From assembly GCF_037042905.1 (NCBI RefSeq), contig NC_087246.1:45632001-45696000 (forward strand): a DNA stretch of 64,000 bases. The letters are read 5' to 3'. Each line of letters starts with the position of its first letter. Position 1 is the stretch's first letter. The DNA comes from Lytechinus pictus. Lineage: Eukaryota. The position numbers were made by a program, and so were the translations under genes. Positions 24,678 through 37,300 of the stretch are shown here, piece after piece. The notes below the pieces were generated by a model. That model saw only the letters and a program-made list of their open reading frames with translations. It was not told the origin of the DNA and did not search any database.

Positions 24678-25752
24678 TATGTAATTGTTTTGTTTTATAC
24701 AACTATTCACTTCTTGGTTTGATCGGAAATCAAACTGTAAAAGTAACCAAAAACGTTCTTTTTAGTAAAGGCCTAAGATTCAGAACCACCTTTCCACAAA
24801 TGCAGATGCAATACAAGTAATATTGAATGGATTCTTCATTGGGAAGAATATATTGATGTAAAGATTTAATTGAATTTTGTTCCTGGCATCAAGCATAAAC
24901 AAAGAGAAGCTGAACAAAACTCGGAAAAAGGTTTTGACAGATGTTCGGAACCTAAAGAGCGAAAATTTAAACTCAAAGTGACTCTGCTCGAGTATTTTTT
25001 CCTTATATATAATAATATACAATTGCCTTTATTCAAAGCCCTAGCGTACAGATGGAGGGGGGGCCTTGGAGGCCATGGAACCTCCCCCCTCCCCCCCAAA
25101 AAAAAAATAGAGATAGAGAGAGAAAGAGAGAGAGAGAGTAAAAACAGAAAGGGAAAGGAAAAGGGTGAAATATGATTTTATTTCCTCAATATTATGTCAA
25201 AATATATCACATATTTTTTTGCATTAAAACGGTCAAAATAACATTTTGGATGGCTTCGCTCGCTCGCAGGTTAATTTCCCCATACGCCATGTCTGGCCCA
25301 CTCAATATTTTTTTAATCAGTACGCTACTGGTTTCAATGGCAATTTGGAAGATAATGCCCGATGTATTCTTAATGCATTCATGTCCAAAAAGACCCGAAG
25401 AGACAATGTATCAACAAACACTACCCTGAAGCAATGGTTGCTGGTTTGATCAATGCAAAGAAGGAAATAAGTTTAACAATTAAACTGAATACAATAATCG
25501 AGTCTTTCAAGATTATGTTGATATGATGATACAACCACAAAGATCAACGAGTAAATTAATATAGAATTTTGTTTTCGTGTTTCGGACAATGCCAAAGTAG
25601 GGAAGTGTTCTCTATTTGATGGGTGCTACGGATGTCGCAAAATAGACGTGCCCCGAACGGAAAATGAAAATACAGCCTAGTGTATAAGGCTTGAATTTGG
25701 AGAGGATGATTTAACCACCCCCACCCCCCACACACACACACAGCCCATTCCT

Positions 25753-25758
25753 TTTATT
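25753..25758 (-). promoter_or_regulatory. Candidate polyadenylation signal of the CAP-domain gene
   Basis: AATAAA on the minus strand ~1.1 kb after the stop, followed by a GT-rich tract (tgtgtgtgtgggggtgg). Confidence 0.4.
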
Positions 25759-26038
25759 GTGTAACGTATACATCAACATCCAACCAACAACCATATTTTC
25801 TCACTCACGGAAATATAATACGCGCACATCCTCACGCACGCACACCCTCACACACAGACCCACCTCAGTCTATATGTACACATTCGTATCATTTGTAGAC
25901 ACTATAAAAAACACTTTACAATGAATACTAGAATGAAACATCCACAAATGAGCGCTATACATTCAGCAAACCATAATGCTTTTAACATTATTTCAGTCAG
26001 GAGTCAAATTAAACACTTTTGTTATGCGATATTATAGT

Positions 26039-26520
26039 AAAAGAATCATTTTGGCAGACTCGGAAAGCGAACCTCGATGTTTGAAGAAAAAAAACAGGGA
26101 ACAATATAAATCATGATTAAAGAGCCGAGCAAATACATATCAGACGCATGACATCACTTCTACATGTACATGTATATAATAGAAGTATATTAAACTTCCC
26201 TTTTCATGAGATGATGGATTATAAAGAAACCGTCAAGTTTGGGATGTCAGAATCGATTTGTTAATAAAAGCAGCTAGAAATGCAATATTATATTAAAAGA
26301 ATCATTTTGGCAGACTCGGAAAGCGAACATCGATGTTTGAACAAAACAGGGAACATTATCAAACATGATTAAAAAGCCGAGCAAATACATATCAGACGCA
26401 TGACATCACTTCTACATGTACATGTATATAATAGAAGTATATTAAACATCCCTTTTCATGAGATGATGGATCATAAAGAAACCGTCAAATTTGGGATGTC
26501 AGAATCGATTTGTTAATAAA
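26039..26520. repeat. ~256-bp tandem duplication in the presumed 3' UTR
   Basis: aagaatcattttggcagactcggaaagcg at 26041 and 26297. Confidence 0.9.
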
Positions 26521-26891
26521 TAACTGTTCACGACATCGATACATTGATTCAGGATGAAATGAGCTATATACGCATTAGTGTGTTCGATCATCAATGGTAG
26601 AATATAGATCCAAAACATAGTTGCCTGATCACGAAAAAATATAGTGTCTGAAAATAAATGTTCATTAATCATACTAAAAAAGAATCGCTTTTCTCGAGTG
26701 CTCCCTGTGTTGACCTAAATTATTCACTTTCACTATTTTACTATTAAAATGAACTACCACATTGCAATACTTTCATGGTTTATGATAATCGAACGTGCTT
26801 TTCTTTATACGATGAGTCATTTATCTATACTTTTCAAAAGTCAATTATAGTATTCTTATACTTGAAGGTGGGATATTATTATAGACCCGTG

Positions 26892-26964
26892 CTAAAACTG
26901 TGAGCTAGATAGGTTGTGTGGTTTCCGTTTTCCTCCTGAAATCTTCTTCGCAGAGTCAGTATTC
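26892..26964 (-). CDS. Terminal exon: cytoplasmic tail (R)NTDSAKKISGGKRKPHNLSSSQF*
   Basis: Acceptor tttcactatcttcag; phase fits the phase-2 donor at 42428; basic juxtamembrane tail ending in S-x-F. Confidence 0.7.
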
Positions 26965-29900
26965 CTGAAGATAGTGAAATCAAATAGATGGGGATTTTTT
27001 TGGTTAGTATAGGAAGGATTAATGAGAGTAATACAGAAAAAAAAAGACCAGTTATACAAGGTGTTATACACTTCTACATGCATTAATCTTCAAAATATAC
27101 ACACACTTAAAATGTTGGGCAACATACTGTCCACTGAGTTGGGTAATGTATGTTGTAATATATATATATATATATATATATATTTTCTGGGCAATTATTA
27201 TCCAGTTGAGCAAATTCATTACCCTATTTGTTTTTATTACCCAATTTGGGCAGATTTTAACTAATAGTTGTGTGGACAGCATGTTGCCCCGGGTTACTTA
27301 AAAGTTGGGCATTTTTCATGGGTGTCTGGAAAACGAAGACCGAAGACCGAAGACCGGGGACTCATATCACACTCGTGTGAAAGCGTTTGTAGTTCACGCC
27401 CAGTGTGTACAAAGCAGTGCAAAGTGTGTACAAAACACGTGCGCGGGTTAGAATGGACTTTGGACCTTGCCCCGACACATGTTCTCCCATTGACAATGCA
27501 CGGGTCCCCGGTCTTCGATCTTCGTTTTCCAAACCCGTTGTTGGGTGTCTGGAAAACGAAGACCGAAGACCGGGGATCGCATTCGTTTAGCTAAGATACC
27601 ACTTATAAATGTCATTATGAAGGCCTCTATTATTCAGCTCAAATTCAAGAATATTCTGATCTAGAATACATTATATCACTAATTGGCTGATAATGAAGTC
27701 ATGTTAATTGCTTGTGTCAATAAATAGTATAGTTAGACCAGTTGAAGCGGGATAGGTCTCCCATTTTACACCACTATTCCACTGAGACAAGTAACAAACT
27801 CCAGTAATCAATCAGACCAGTTTCAAATTTCCAGTTAAAGGTTAACTCTAGACCAGTAATTTCAGACCAGTTTAATTCTTAACTGGTCCAGTAAAGTGAA
27901 CTCGACCAGTTAGACCAGTAAGCCGTTTTTCCATCTTCCAGAATTACATTCTGTGAACTGGTTTTTCCTTCTTAATTGGCTGACATTAATTTGCAATTTT
28001 ACTACCATTGACGTAACGCATGTCCCCGGTCTTCGGTCTTCGTTTTCCAAACCTGTTGTTGGGTGTCTGGAAAACGAAGACCGAAGACCGGGGATCGCGT
28101 CAATTCGTCTAGCTAAGATAGGCCTATAATATTCAGCACCAGTTTAAGAATATTCTGATCTTGGATACGTCATCAGCTATGATTGGCTGCGGATAAGTTA
28201 TGGTCATTTGTGTGAATTTCGTTATCAGCTAGGGCATGATATTAAGGATAACGTACATATTTCACCCACGGAATTCAGCCATTGCAATTCTGAAAACTGT
28301 CATAAAACTGAAAACTTGCATACAATACACCTCATACTGCGCAATCACGTACAAGCAGACTCAACTCATCTGGCGTTTGCAACTATTTTACTACCATTGA
28401 CATTACGCATGTCCCCGGTCTTCGGTCTTCGTTTTCCAAACCTGTTGTTGGGTGTCTGGAAAACGAAGACAGAAGACCGGGGATTGCGTATTCGTCTAGC
28501 TAAGATAGGCCTATAATATTCAGCTCCAATAATATTCTGATCTTGGATACGTCATCAGCTATGATTGGCTGCGGATAAGTTATGGTTATTTGTGTGAATA
28601 TCGTTATCAGCAAGGGCATGATATTAATGATAACGTACATATTTCACCCACGGAATTCAGCCATTGCAATTCTGAAAACTGTCATAAAACTGAAAACTTG
28701 CATACAATACACCTCATACTGCGCAATCACGTACAAGCAGACTCAACTCAACTGGCGTTTGCAACTATTTTACTACCATTGACATTACGCATGTCCCCGG
28801 TCTTCGGTCTTCGTTTTCCAAACCTGTTGTTGGGTGTCTGGAAAACGAAGACAGAAGACCGGGGATTGCGTATTCCTCTAGCTAAGATAGGCCTATAATA
28901 TTCAGCTCCAGTTTAAGAATATTCTGATCTTGCCCAGAAGGAAAAACCAGTTCCACTGGACCAGTTAGACCAGTACAATTTTTACTGGTAACTCTGGAAA
29001 TTGGAACATCGGTTTATTGGTCTAACTGGTCATACTGGTCCAGTTAAAATTTTACTGGTCCAGTTAAAAATTAAACTGGTCTTGAATTACTGGAATTTTA
29101 TACTGGTCTTGTTTCTGGTGGTTGTTGTTACTGGTCTCACTTGTCTCCAATTCAAGCTGGTCTTTACTGGTATTTTCTACTGGTCTGACTGGTCCTCGAA
29201 CTGATCGAACTGGTCATCGTATTGGTCTTAACTGGATCAATTTATTACATGCATGTGGTTTGTTATATACCATGGTCAGTGAAATGTGATAGAAAAGATG
29301 GTTAGTAAATTAATCTTTCAGCTGTTATTTTAAATGTGATATATAAAATTACACATTTTCATTGTGAATTAGTTCACACACTTATTTGGAAAGTTTTTAA
29401 ACAACAATGAGTGCCATTGCAAGGATATTCCATTCTAAATCCTGATTTTTTTTTTAAAATAGGAAATATGCAAATGAGGAAAGCCACGTGATCAGCATCA
29501 TCAGAATTACTGGTATTACTGGTCTTGACCAGTTCAATTTCAAACAATGAATTACTTTAGACCAGTTGACTATATCAGAGGAATACATCTTGCTTTGATC
29601 ATAATCATGATTAAAGGAAATAATTATTTTAATGATAATGTTAATACTTGATAATCATGATAATATTAATAACAATAATTACAATATCAATAACAATGAT
29701 AACAGCAATAAGAATGATAACAACAATGATCATAATAATCACGATAATTATAAGAAGAATGATGATAACAATAATAACGATAATAACTTTCTCTAAATTG
29801 CAAGATTCATTTTCCATAATTCGTCAAATGATCTGACTTGAAATAAAGTCATTATTTATTGGACCAGTAACACCAGTTTGATGAAAAACAATTTAACTGG

Positions 29901-32900
29901 TATTACTACTTTGCTTCAACTGGAATGCAATTGTTGGAACTGGTCTCCAGATGATTTTTAATGGTCCAGTTAAAAATCAACTGGTCCAGTAAACATATAC
30001 TGGAAACCAGTTAAAATCTACTGGAAACCATTTATTGGACCAGAAACACCAGTTTGATGAAAAACAATTTAACTGGTATTACTACTTTGCTTCAACTGGA
30101 ATGCAATTGTTGGAACTGGTCTCCAGATGATTTTTACTGGTCCAGTTAAACATATACTGGCCCAGTTAAAATATACTGGAAACCAGTAAAATTCTACTGG
30201 AAACCAGTAAAAATTCTTACTGGTCTTACTGGTTTTTCCTTCTGGGTGGATACGTCATCAGCTATGATTGGCTGCGGATAAGTTATGGTTATTTGTGTGA
30301 ATATCGTTATCAGCTAGGGCATGATATTAAGGATAACGTACATATTTCACCCACGGAATTCAGCCATTGCAAAACTGAAAACTTGCATACAATACACCTC
30401 ATACTGCGCAATCACGTACAAGCAGACTCAACTCAACTGGCGTTTGCAACTATTTTATACTACCATTGACATTACGCATGTCCCCGGTCTTCGGTCTTCG
30501 TTTTCCAAACCTGTTGTTGGGTGTCTGGAAAACGAAGACAGAAGACCGGGGATTGCGTATTCGTCTAGCTAAGATAGGCCTATAATATTCAGCACCAGTT
30601 CAAGAATATTCTGATCTTGGATACGCCATCAGCTATGATTGGCTGCGGATAAGTTATGGTTATTTGTGTGAATATCGTTATCAGCTAGGGCATGATATTA
30701 AGGATAACGTACATATTTCACCCACGGAATTCAGCCATTGCAATTCTGAAAACTGTCATAAAACTGAAAACTTGCATACAATACACCTCATACTGCGATA
30801 TCACGTACAAGCAGACTCAACTCAACTGGCGTTTGCAACCGACTATTTTACTTCCATTGACATTACGCATGTCCCCGGTCTTCGGTCTTCGTTTTCCAAA
30901 CCTGTTGTTGGGTGTCTGGAAAACGAAGACAGAAGACCGGGGATTGCGTATTCGTCTAGCTAAGATAGGCCTATAATATTCAGCTCCAAGAATATTCTGA
31001 TCTTGGATACGTCATCAGCTATGATTGGCTGCGGATAAGTTATGGTTATTTGTGTGAATATCGTTATCAGCAAGGGCATGATATTAATGATAACGTACAT
31101 ATTTCACCCACGGAATTCAGCCATTGCAATTCTGAAAACTGTCATAAAACTGAAAACTTGCATACAATACACCTCATACTGCGCAATCACGTACAAGCAG
31201 ACTCAACTCAACTGGCGTTTGCAACTATTTTATACTACCATTGACATTACGCATGTCCCCGGTCTTCGGTCTTCGTTTTCCAAACCTGTTGTTGGGTGTC
31301 TGGAAAACGAAGACAGAAGACCGGGGATTGCGTATTCGTCTAGCTAAGATAGGCCTATAATATTCAGCTCCAGTTTAAGAATATTCTGATCTTGGATACG
31401 TCATCAGCTATGATTGGCTGCGGAGAAGTTATGGTTATTTGTGTGAATATCGTTATCAGCTAGGGCATGATATTAAGGATAACGTACATATTTCACCCAC
31501 GGAATTCAGCCATTGCAAAACTGAAAACTTGCATACAATACACCTCATACTGCGCAATCACGTACAAGCAGACTCAACTCAACTGGCGTTTGCAACTATT
31601 TTATACTACCATTGACATTACGCATGTCCCCGGTCTTCGGTCTTCGTTTTCCAAACCTGTTGTTGGGTGTCTGGAAAACGAAGACAGAAGACCGGGGATT
31701 GCGTATTCGTCTAGCTAAGATAGGCCTATAATATTCAGCACCAGTTCAAGAATATTCTGATCTTGGATACGTCATCAGCTATGATTGGCTGCGGATAAGT
31801 TATGGTTATTTGTGTGAATATCGTTATCAGCTATAGGGCATGATATTAAGGATAACGTACATATTTCACCCACGGAATTCAGCCATTGCAATTCTGAAAA
31901 CTGTCATAAAACTGAAAACTTGCATACATATACACCTCATACTGCGCAATCACGTACAAGCAGACTCAACTCAACTGGCGTTTGCAACTATTTTACTTCC
32001 ATTGACATTACGCATGTCCCCGGTCTTCGGTCTTCGTTTTCCAAACCTGTTGTAGGGTGTCTGGAAAACGAAGACAGAAGACCGGGGATTGCGTATTCGT
32101 CTAGCTAAGATAGGCCTATAATATTCAGCTCCAGTTTAAGAATATTCTGATCTTGGATACGTCATCAGCTATGATTGGTTGCGGATAAGTTATGGTTATT
32201 TGTGTGAATATCGTTATCAGCAAGGGCATGATATTAAGGATAACGTACATATTTCACCCACGGAATTCAGCCATTGCAATTCTGAAAACTGTCATAAAAC
32301 TGAAAACTTGCATACAATACACCTCATACTGCGCAATCACGTACAAGCAGACTCAACTCAACTGGCGTTTGCAACTATTTTATACTACCATTGACATTAC
32401 GCATGTCCCCGGTCTTCGGTCTTCGTTTTCCAAACCTGTTGTTGGGTGTCTGGAAAACGAAGACAGAAGACCGGGGATTGCGTATTCGTCTAACTAAGAT
32501 AGGCCTATAATATTCAGCACCAGTTCAAGAATATTCTGATCTTGGATACGTCATCAGCTATGATTGGCTGCGGATAAGTAATGGTTATTTGTGTGAATAT
32601 CGTTATCAGCTAGGGCATGATATTAAGGATAACGTACATATTTCACCCACGGAATTCAGCCATTGCAATTCTGAAAACTGTCATAAAACTGAAAACTTGC
32701 ATACAATACACCTCATACTGCGCAATCACGTACAAGCAGACTCAACTCAACTGGCGTTTGCAACTAGCTATTTTACTACCATTGACATTACGCATGTCCC
32801 CGGTCTTCGGTCTTCGTTTTCCAAACCTGTTGTTGGGTGTCTGGAAAACGAAGACAGAAGACCGGGGATTTCATTCGTCAAGCTAATTACCACATATAGC

Positions 32901-34333
32901 GTGCTATGGACACGTTTCCGTGCAATTGTACTTCGTTTTCTTCATGCTGGCTGATAAACAGACCTTAAAACAACCGATATACGTGGATACAATATTCCAT
33001 GAAATTGTCATATCGTTTTTAAAGAAAACAAATTTTCAAACTGAAAAAATGCATGCAATTAATAGATGCTTACATAGAATCAGGGGCGTAGCAGCGTTCG
33101 GTGGCCAGGGGAGGGGGGGGGGACGAGAGCCAGAAAATTCCCGGTCATTATCATCAGTGGCGTAATTAAGAAAAACGGGAAAAAGAAAAAAGGGAGGGAG
33201 AAAGAAAGAAAGAAATGGAACTGGGGAAGGAAATGGGAAAAGGAAAGGAGGAAAAGGAAAGGGAAAATTGAAAAGAAAACGAAGAAAAAAACTTTTTTTT
33301 TGAATGGAAAAGAAAGGAAAGCGGGAAAATATACGAAAGAAGAACATTTGAGAAAGAACACATCATTCCGAAATAGGCCTATGTAATGCAATAGCACGGT
33401 GGGAAATAATTTAAAAGATAACAAAATGGTATGAAGAGCGGGAAAAGAAGGTAGAACGTAATTAATCAAAAGCTAAATTGGAAAAAAATACAAGGGAAAA
33501 AAGGACAAGAAAAAAATATTAACACGACCGGGCTGCCGATGATTGAAAAGAGCGGGAAGAAAGATGGTCTGCATACATTGTGTTATAAGCTTGCTAGACT
33601 TTATGCAAATAAGCTACCGGGCCTTTGTCCCAGACCCCACGCAGTATGGGCTCTTCAGCATTTATAACCTTTAAATGGCTATATACCTATACCCCCGCGC
33701 CCCCCGTTCAACAATGTTCAATCAATGGCATACAGGCGGGGGGGGGTGTTCCACACCCAAGAGGGAAAAAAAGAAAATAGGAGACAAAGTATAATGAAAT
33801 GAATGGACAATGAAATGTGTTATTTGCTGAATATAATGGAAAATATATCACATAATTAGAATTTAATTTCAATAGGCAATTTTTTTCCAGCTCGCTTTGC
33901 ACGCTAGCGACTTTTTTTCCACGTTGGTATGCTTTGCCCTATAAATATTTGGTTCATTACGCAACTGGGTTGAATAAATGTGTTGTGTAAAAGCTATAGT
34001 CTATGTAGAATGCGATTTGATTAAAATAGCGGCAATCTGCGAGGTTTAAATGGCTTTGATATCAAGAAGTTTTCAGGGGGCTCCGCCCCGGACCCCAACC
34101 GCACATCGATCACTGCGTATGGAAGTGTTGGGCCATGGGCCCAAAAAGTTGTACAAACAAAAACACAAAAAAAGCAGAGGAAAAGTGTAGGATATGATTT
34201 TATTTACTGAATATAATGTCAAAAAATAGCTCAAAGTTAGATTCTCATGAAAAGGTGATTTTTTTATCGCTCGCTTCGCTCGGGACTTATATAAAACAGC
34301 TTTCTTTAGCACATGTGGTATACTCCACCCCTG

Positions 34334-34364
<31 letters not shown>

Positions 34365-37300
34365 CTTCACGTTACAGCCGCAAAGAATCCTGTTCACAGT
34401 GCGCGTACAGACGACAAAAAAGGAATCCAAAGAGAGAAGAGTGAAATATCATTCTCTGGACATCATGTCAAAATCTATCACAAAATTTGATTTTTGTATT
34501 AAAAAGGTCAAAATTTTTGCTCGCTCGCACTTTTTTAAATAAAAGATAAATTCTGTCCGATGCACAATATCTGGCCTTCTCAAAATAGTGTCGGCTCATT
34601 ACGCCTGTTTATACCATATAATGTGACCAGGAAATTACGCCGCTGCATATCATGGTGTGAAGAGCGGTCTGTCCCCTGGATAGGAACATCGGCAGTAATT
34701 GGGCGATATCTTGAAGTTCACTAATTTGTGTCCCCTTATGATTGCGGCTAGTTGCGTGAAATCAAAATAGGCTATTATATACACGTCATACCCACACACC
34801 AGCCGAGTCTTTCTTACCGTTCTTGATTTTCAACCTCGGTATCCCGGTTGTGTTCCAGTGGCGTAGCTAGGATTTTTTTCCTGGGGGGCACTGGGGGTCC
34901 TTGCTTTGAGTCAGGGGGGCACCATTTTTATCCGGTGTGTACTTGTCACAAGGGCCCGAAATTATCTTCACCTATATTTTTCCCGATCAGTCACTTCTTC
35001 GTTATATTCTTATAAAACAGCATAAACATGAAATAATCTCATAAGCATTATAAAAAGTGCGAGCGCGAAGCGCGAGCGATTTTTTTTTTATTTGTTACTT
35101 TCATGTAATATTCTGGGCAATGTTATGTGTGATCCCGATCAAGATTCGTATGTAACTAGATGGTTACTGCGAACGCCAAGCGCGAGCAGAAATTTTTATT
35201 AACTGTTCTAGCATTATCGAAAAGGGACCTGTTAAGTGCACTTATATAGGTACCCACGAAGATGGTATATATTTCAATAATGCAATTTTTTTGACATTCC
35301 GACCTAAAAGAATGGTAATTCTAAGCACTTTTTGTATCAATAAATGGGATAGGTATGTAACGAAACAATGGATGCGAGCGCGAAGCGCGAGAGGAAAAAA
35401 AATGAGATTTTAGACCTAAAAGCGGGACACTATTCATATTTTGTAAATCATAAATAGGATATAATTAATTGGGTATCATTAATTATGCTATCGTAAAGCG
35501 CGAGCAGACAATTATTTATATTCTGATGTGAAACTGGATAATTCAAGTAGATTTTAAATAAAGAACATGCATGCTATCGCGCATGTTTTAGATTTAGACC
35601 TAGAATCTGGGCATTCTGAATATATTTCTTTTAATGGAACATTTTAATGGAACATTATGGAATACATGTAGACAATAGGAACTTGGCAAATCAAACAATG
35701 TGACCACGCAGCGTGAGCTTTAAAAAAAAATGCTGATATGTAGACAATAAAACGGACATTTTGCAGAGCACTTAAATTTGTAAATGAAAAAAATATTGAA
35801 AGCTCGATGTCCGAGCTAATTATGTTTTGTATAATGACTTCAAAACTTGCTCCATATCAGCCTATTGAGCAAGATATGAATCTCATCGAACAGTCAATTC
35901 TGGCGCGAAGCGCAAGCAAATATTTTTTATAGTAACATGAAAGAATTGTTTCTTTTTTGGCAAGTCTTCCCCTCACATTATTTCATTCATTCGTCTCCCT
36001 CCTCTAATTTTCCTCTTCTTTTTTCTTCTGTCTTTCTTCTTCTTTTTCTTTTCTTCTTTCTCCCTTTTTTTTTTGCTCTACCAATTTTTTTCCAGGCGGG
36101 GCACCTGATGGGGGCACACCAAATCTCAGGGAGGGGGGGGGGGCTCCCAGCCCCCCCCCCCCCCCCCCCCGTAGCTACGCCACTAGCTGTTGTGTTCTTA
36201 ATTTCTTTCTTTTCCCCTCTTGTTTTTTCTGTTTTCTATTCCGATTTCATGTTAGCATTTTCGCATCCCGTTTATTTTGGCCTCTCTTCCTTCCCTTTCC
36301 CGCCTAAAATTTCCGTTCCACTTTGCCATCTCTTTATTTCTAACCCCTTTCTCACTTGTTTATTAGTAGGCCCTATTTCAGGATGATTAGATTTGTTTGA
36401 TCATTCCAATTATTGGCCCTTTTCCTTTCTCCTTTCTTCCTTCTCTTTCTCATTGTTTGTCTCGCCCGCAAGAGGTGAAGGCGAGACTAAGAGATCCAAA
36501 TGTCGTCCGCCCGTCGATTCCCAAAGAGGGTAAGCCGATTCTGCGGTGCAAGATAGACCAAAAGCCAATTCTGCATCGGCTTTTGGTTCTGAACCAAAAG
36601 CCGATGCACGTGTAAACAGGGTAATTTTCTTCCAAACGCGTACTGAATTGTTGCTCTCGAAATGTACGCGTGGGAACGTCTCGGGTTTAACCGCAAAGTA
36701 GTAGCGACACACTTGTGTTTCATGTGCGCCGACCGTATAGAAAACATCGCATACCGGCAACAGCATTCTACAAAAGCACGCTTGCCACCTGTCTTATAGG
36801 TCGATGACATTGCTTTCTATTACAATTAGGTTTATTTTATACGGAGCCTTTAAAGGGATGGGCGGGCTGAAAGCATGTATAGCTTAATGAATAGAGTAAA
36901 ATTCCTCGAGCAAAATATCGAAAATTTCATCAAAATCGGATAACAAAGTTATTGAATTTTAAAATTTAGCAATATTTTGTGAATACAGTCGTCATGAATA
37001 TTCATTAGGTTGGCTGATGATGTCACATCTCCACTTGTTCTTTTGTATTTTATTATATGAAATTAGGTTTATTCAAATGTTTTCATCCAAGAACAAAAAA
37101 GTAGAAAAATTGGATTGGCAACTGATTTAGTGCATTAAAAATTCATTGCTGCAACTTGTTTCATTATAAGGGAGACATATATATTATTAGCACAAATATG
37201 AAATAATGTAAAAATTATGATTATATATAATAACATAGGGAAACGGAGAGTGGAGATGTGACATCATCAGCCCACCTAATGAATATTCACGACGACTGTT

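Larger units (their letters stand above)
16818..24947. repeat. Tandem segmental duplication, copy 2 (contains GPCR 3)
   Basis: Colinear with 9119-16162 apart from copy-specific insertions. Confidence 0.92.
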
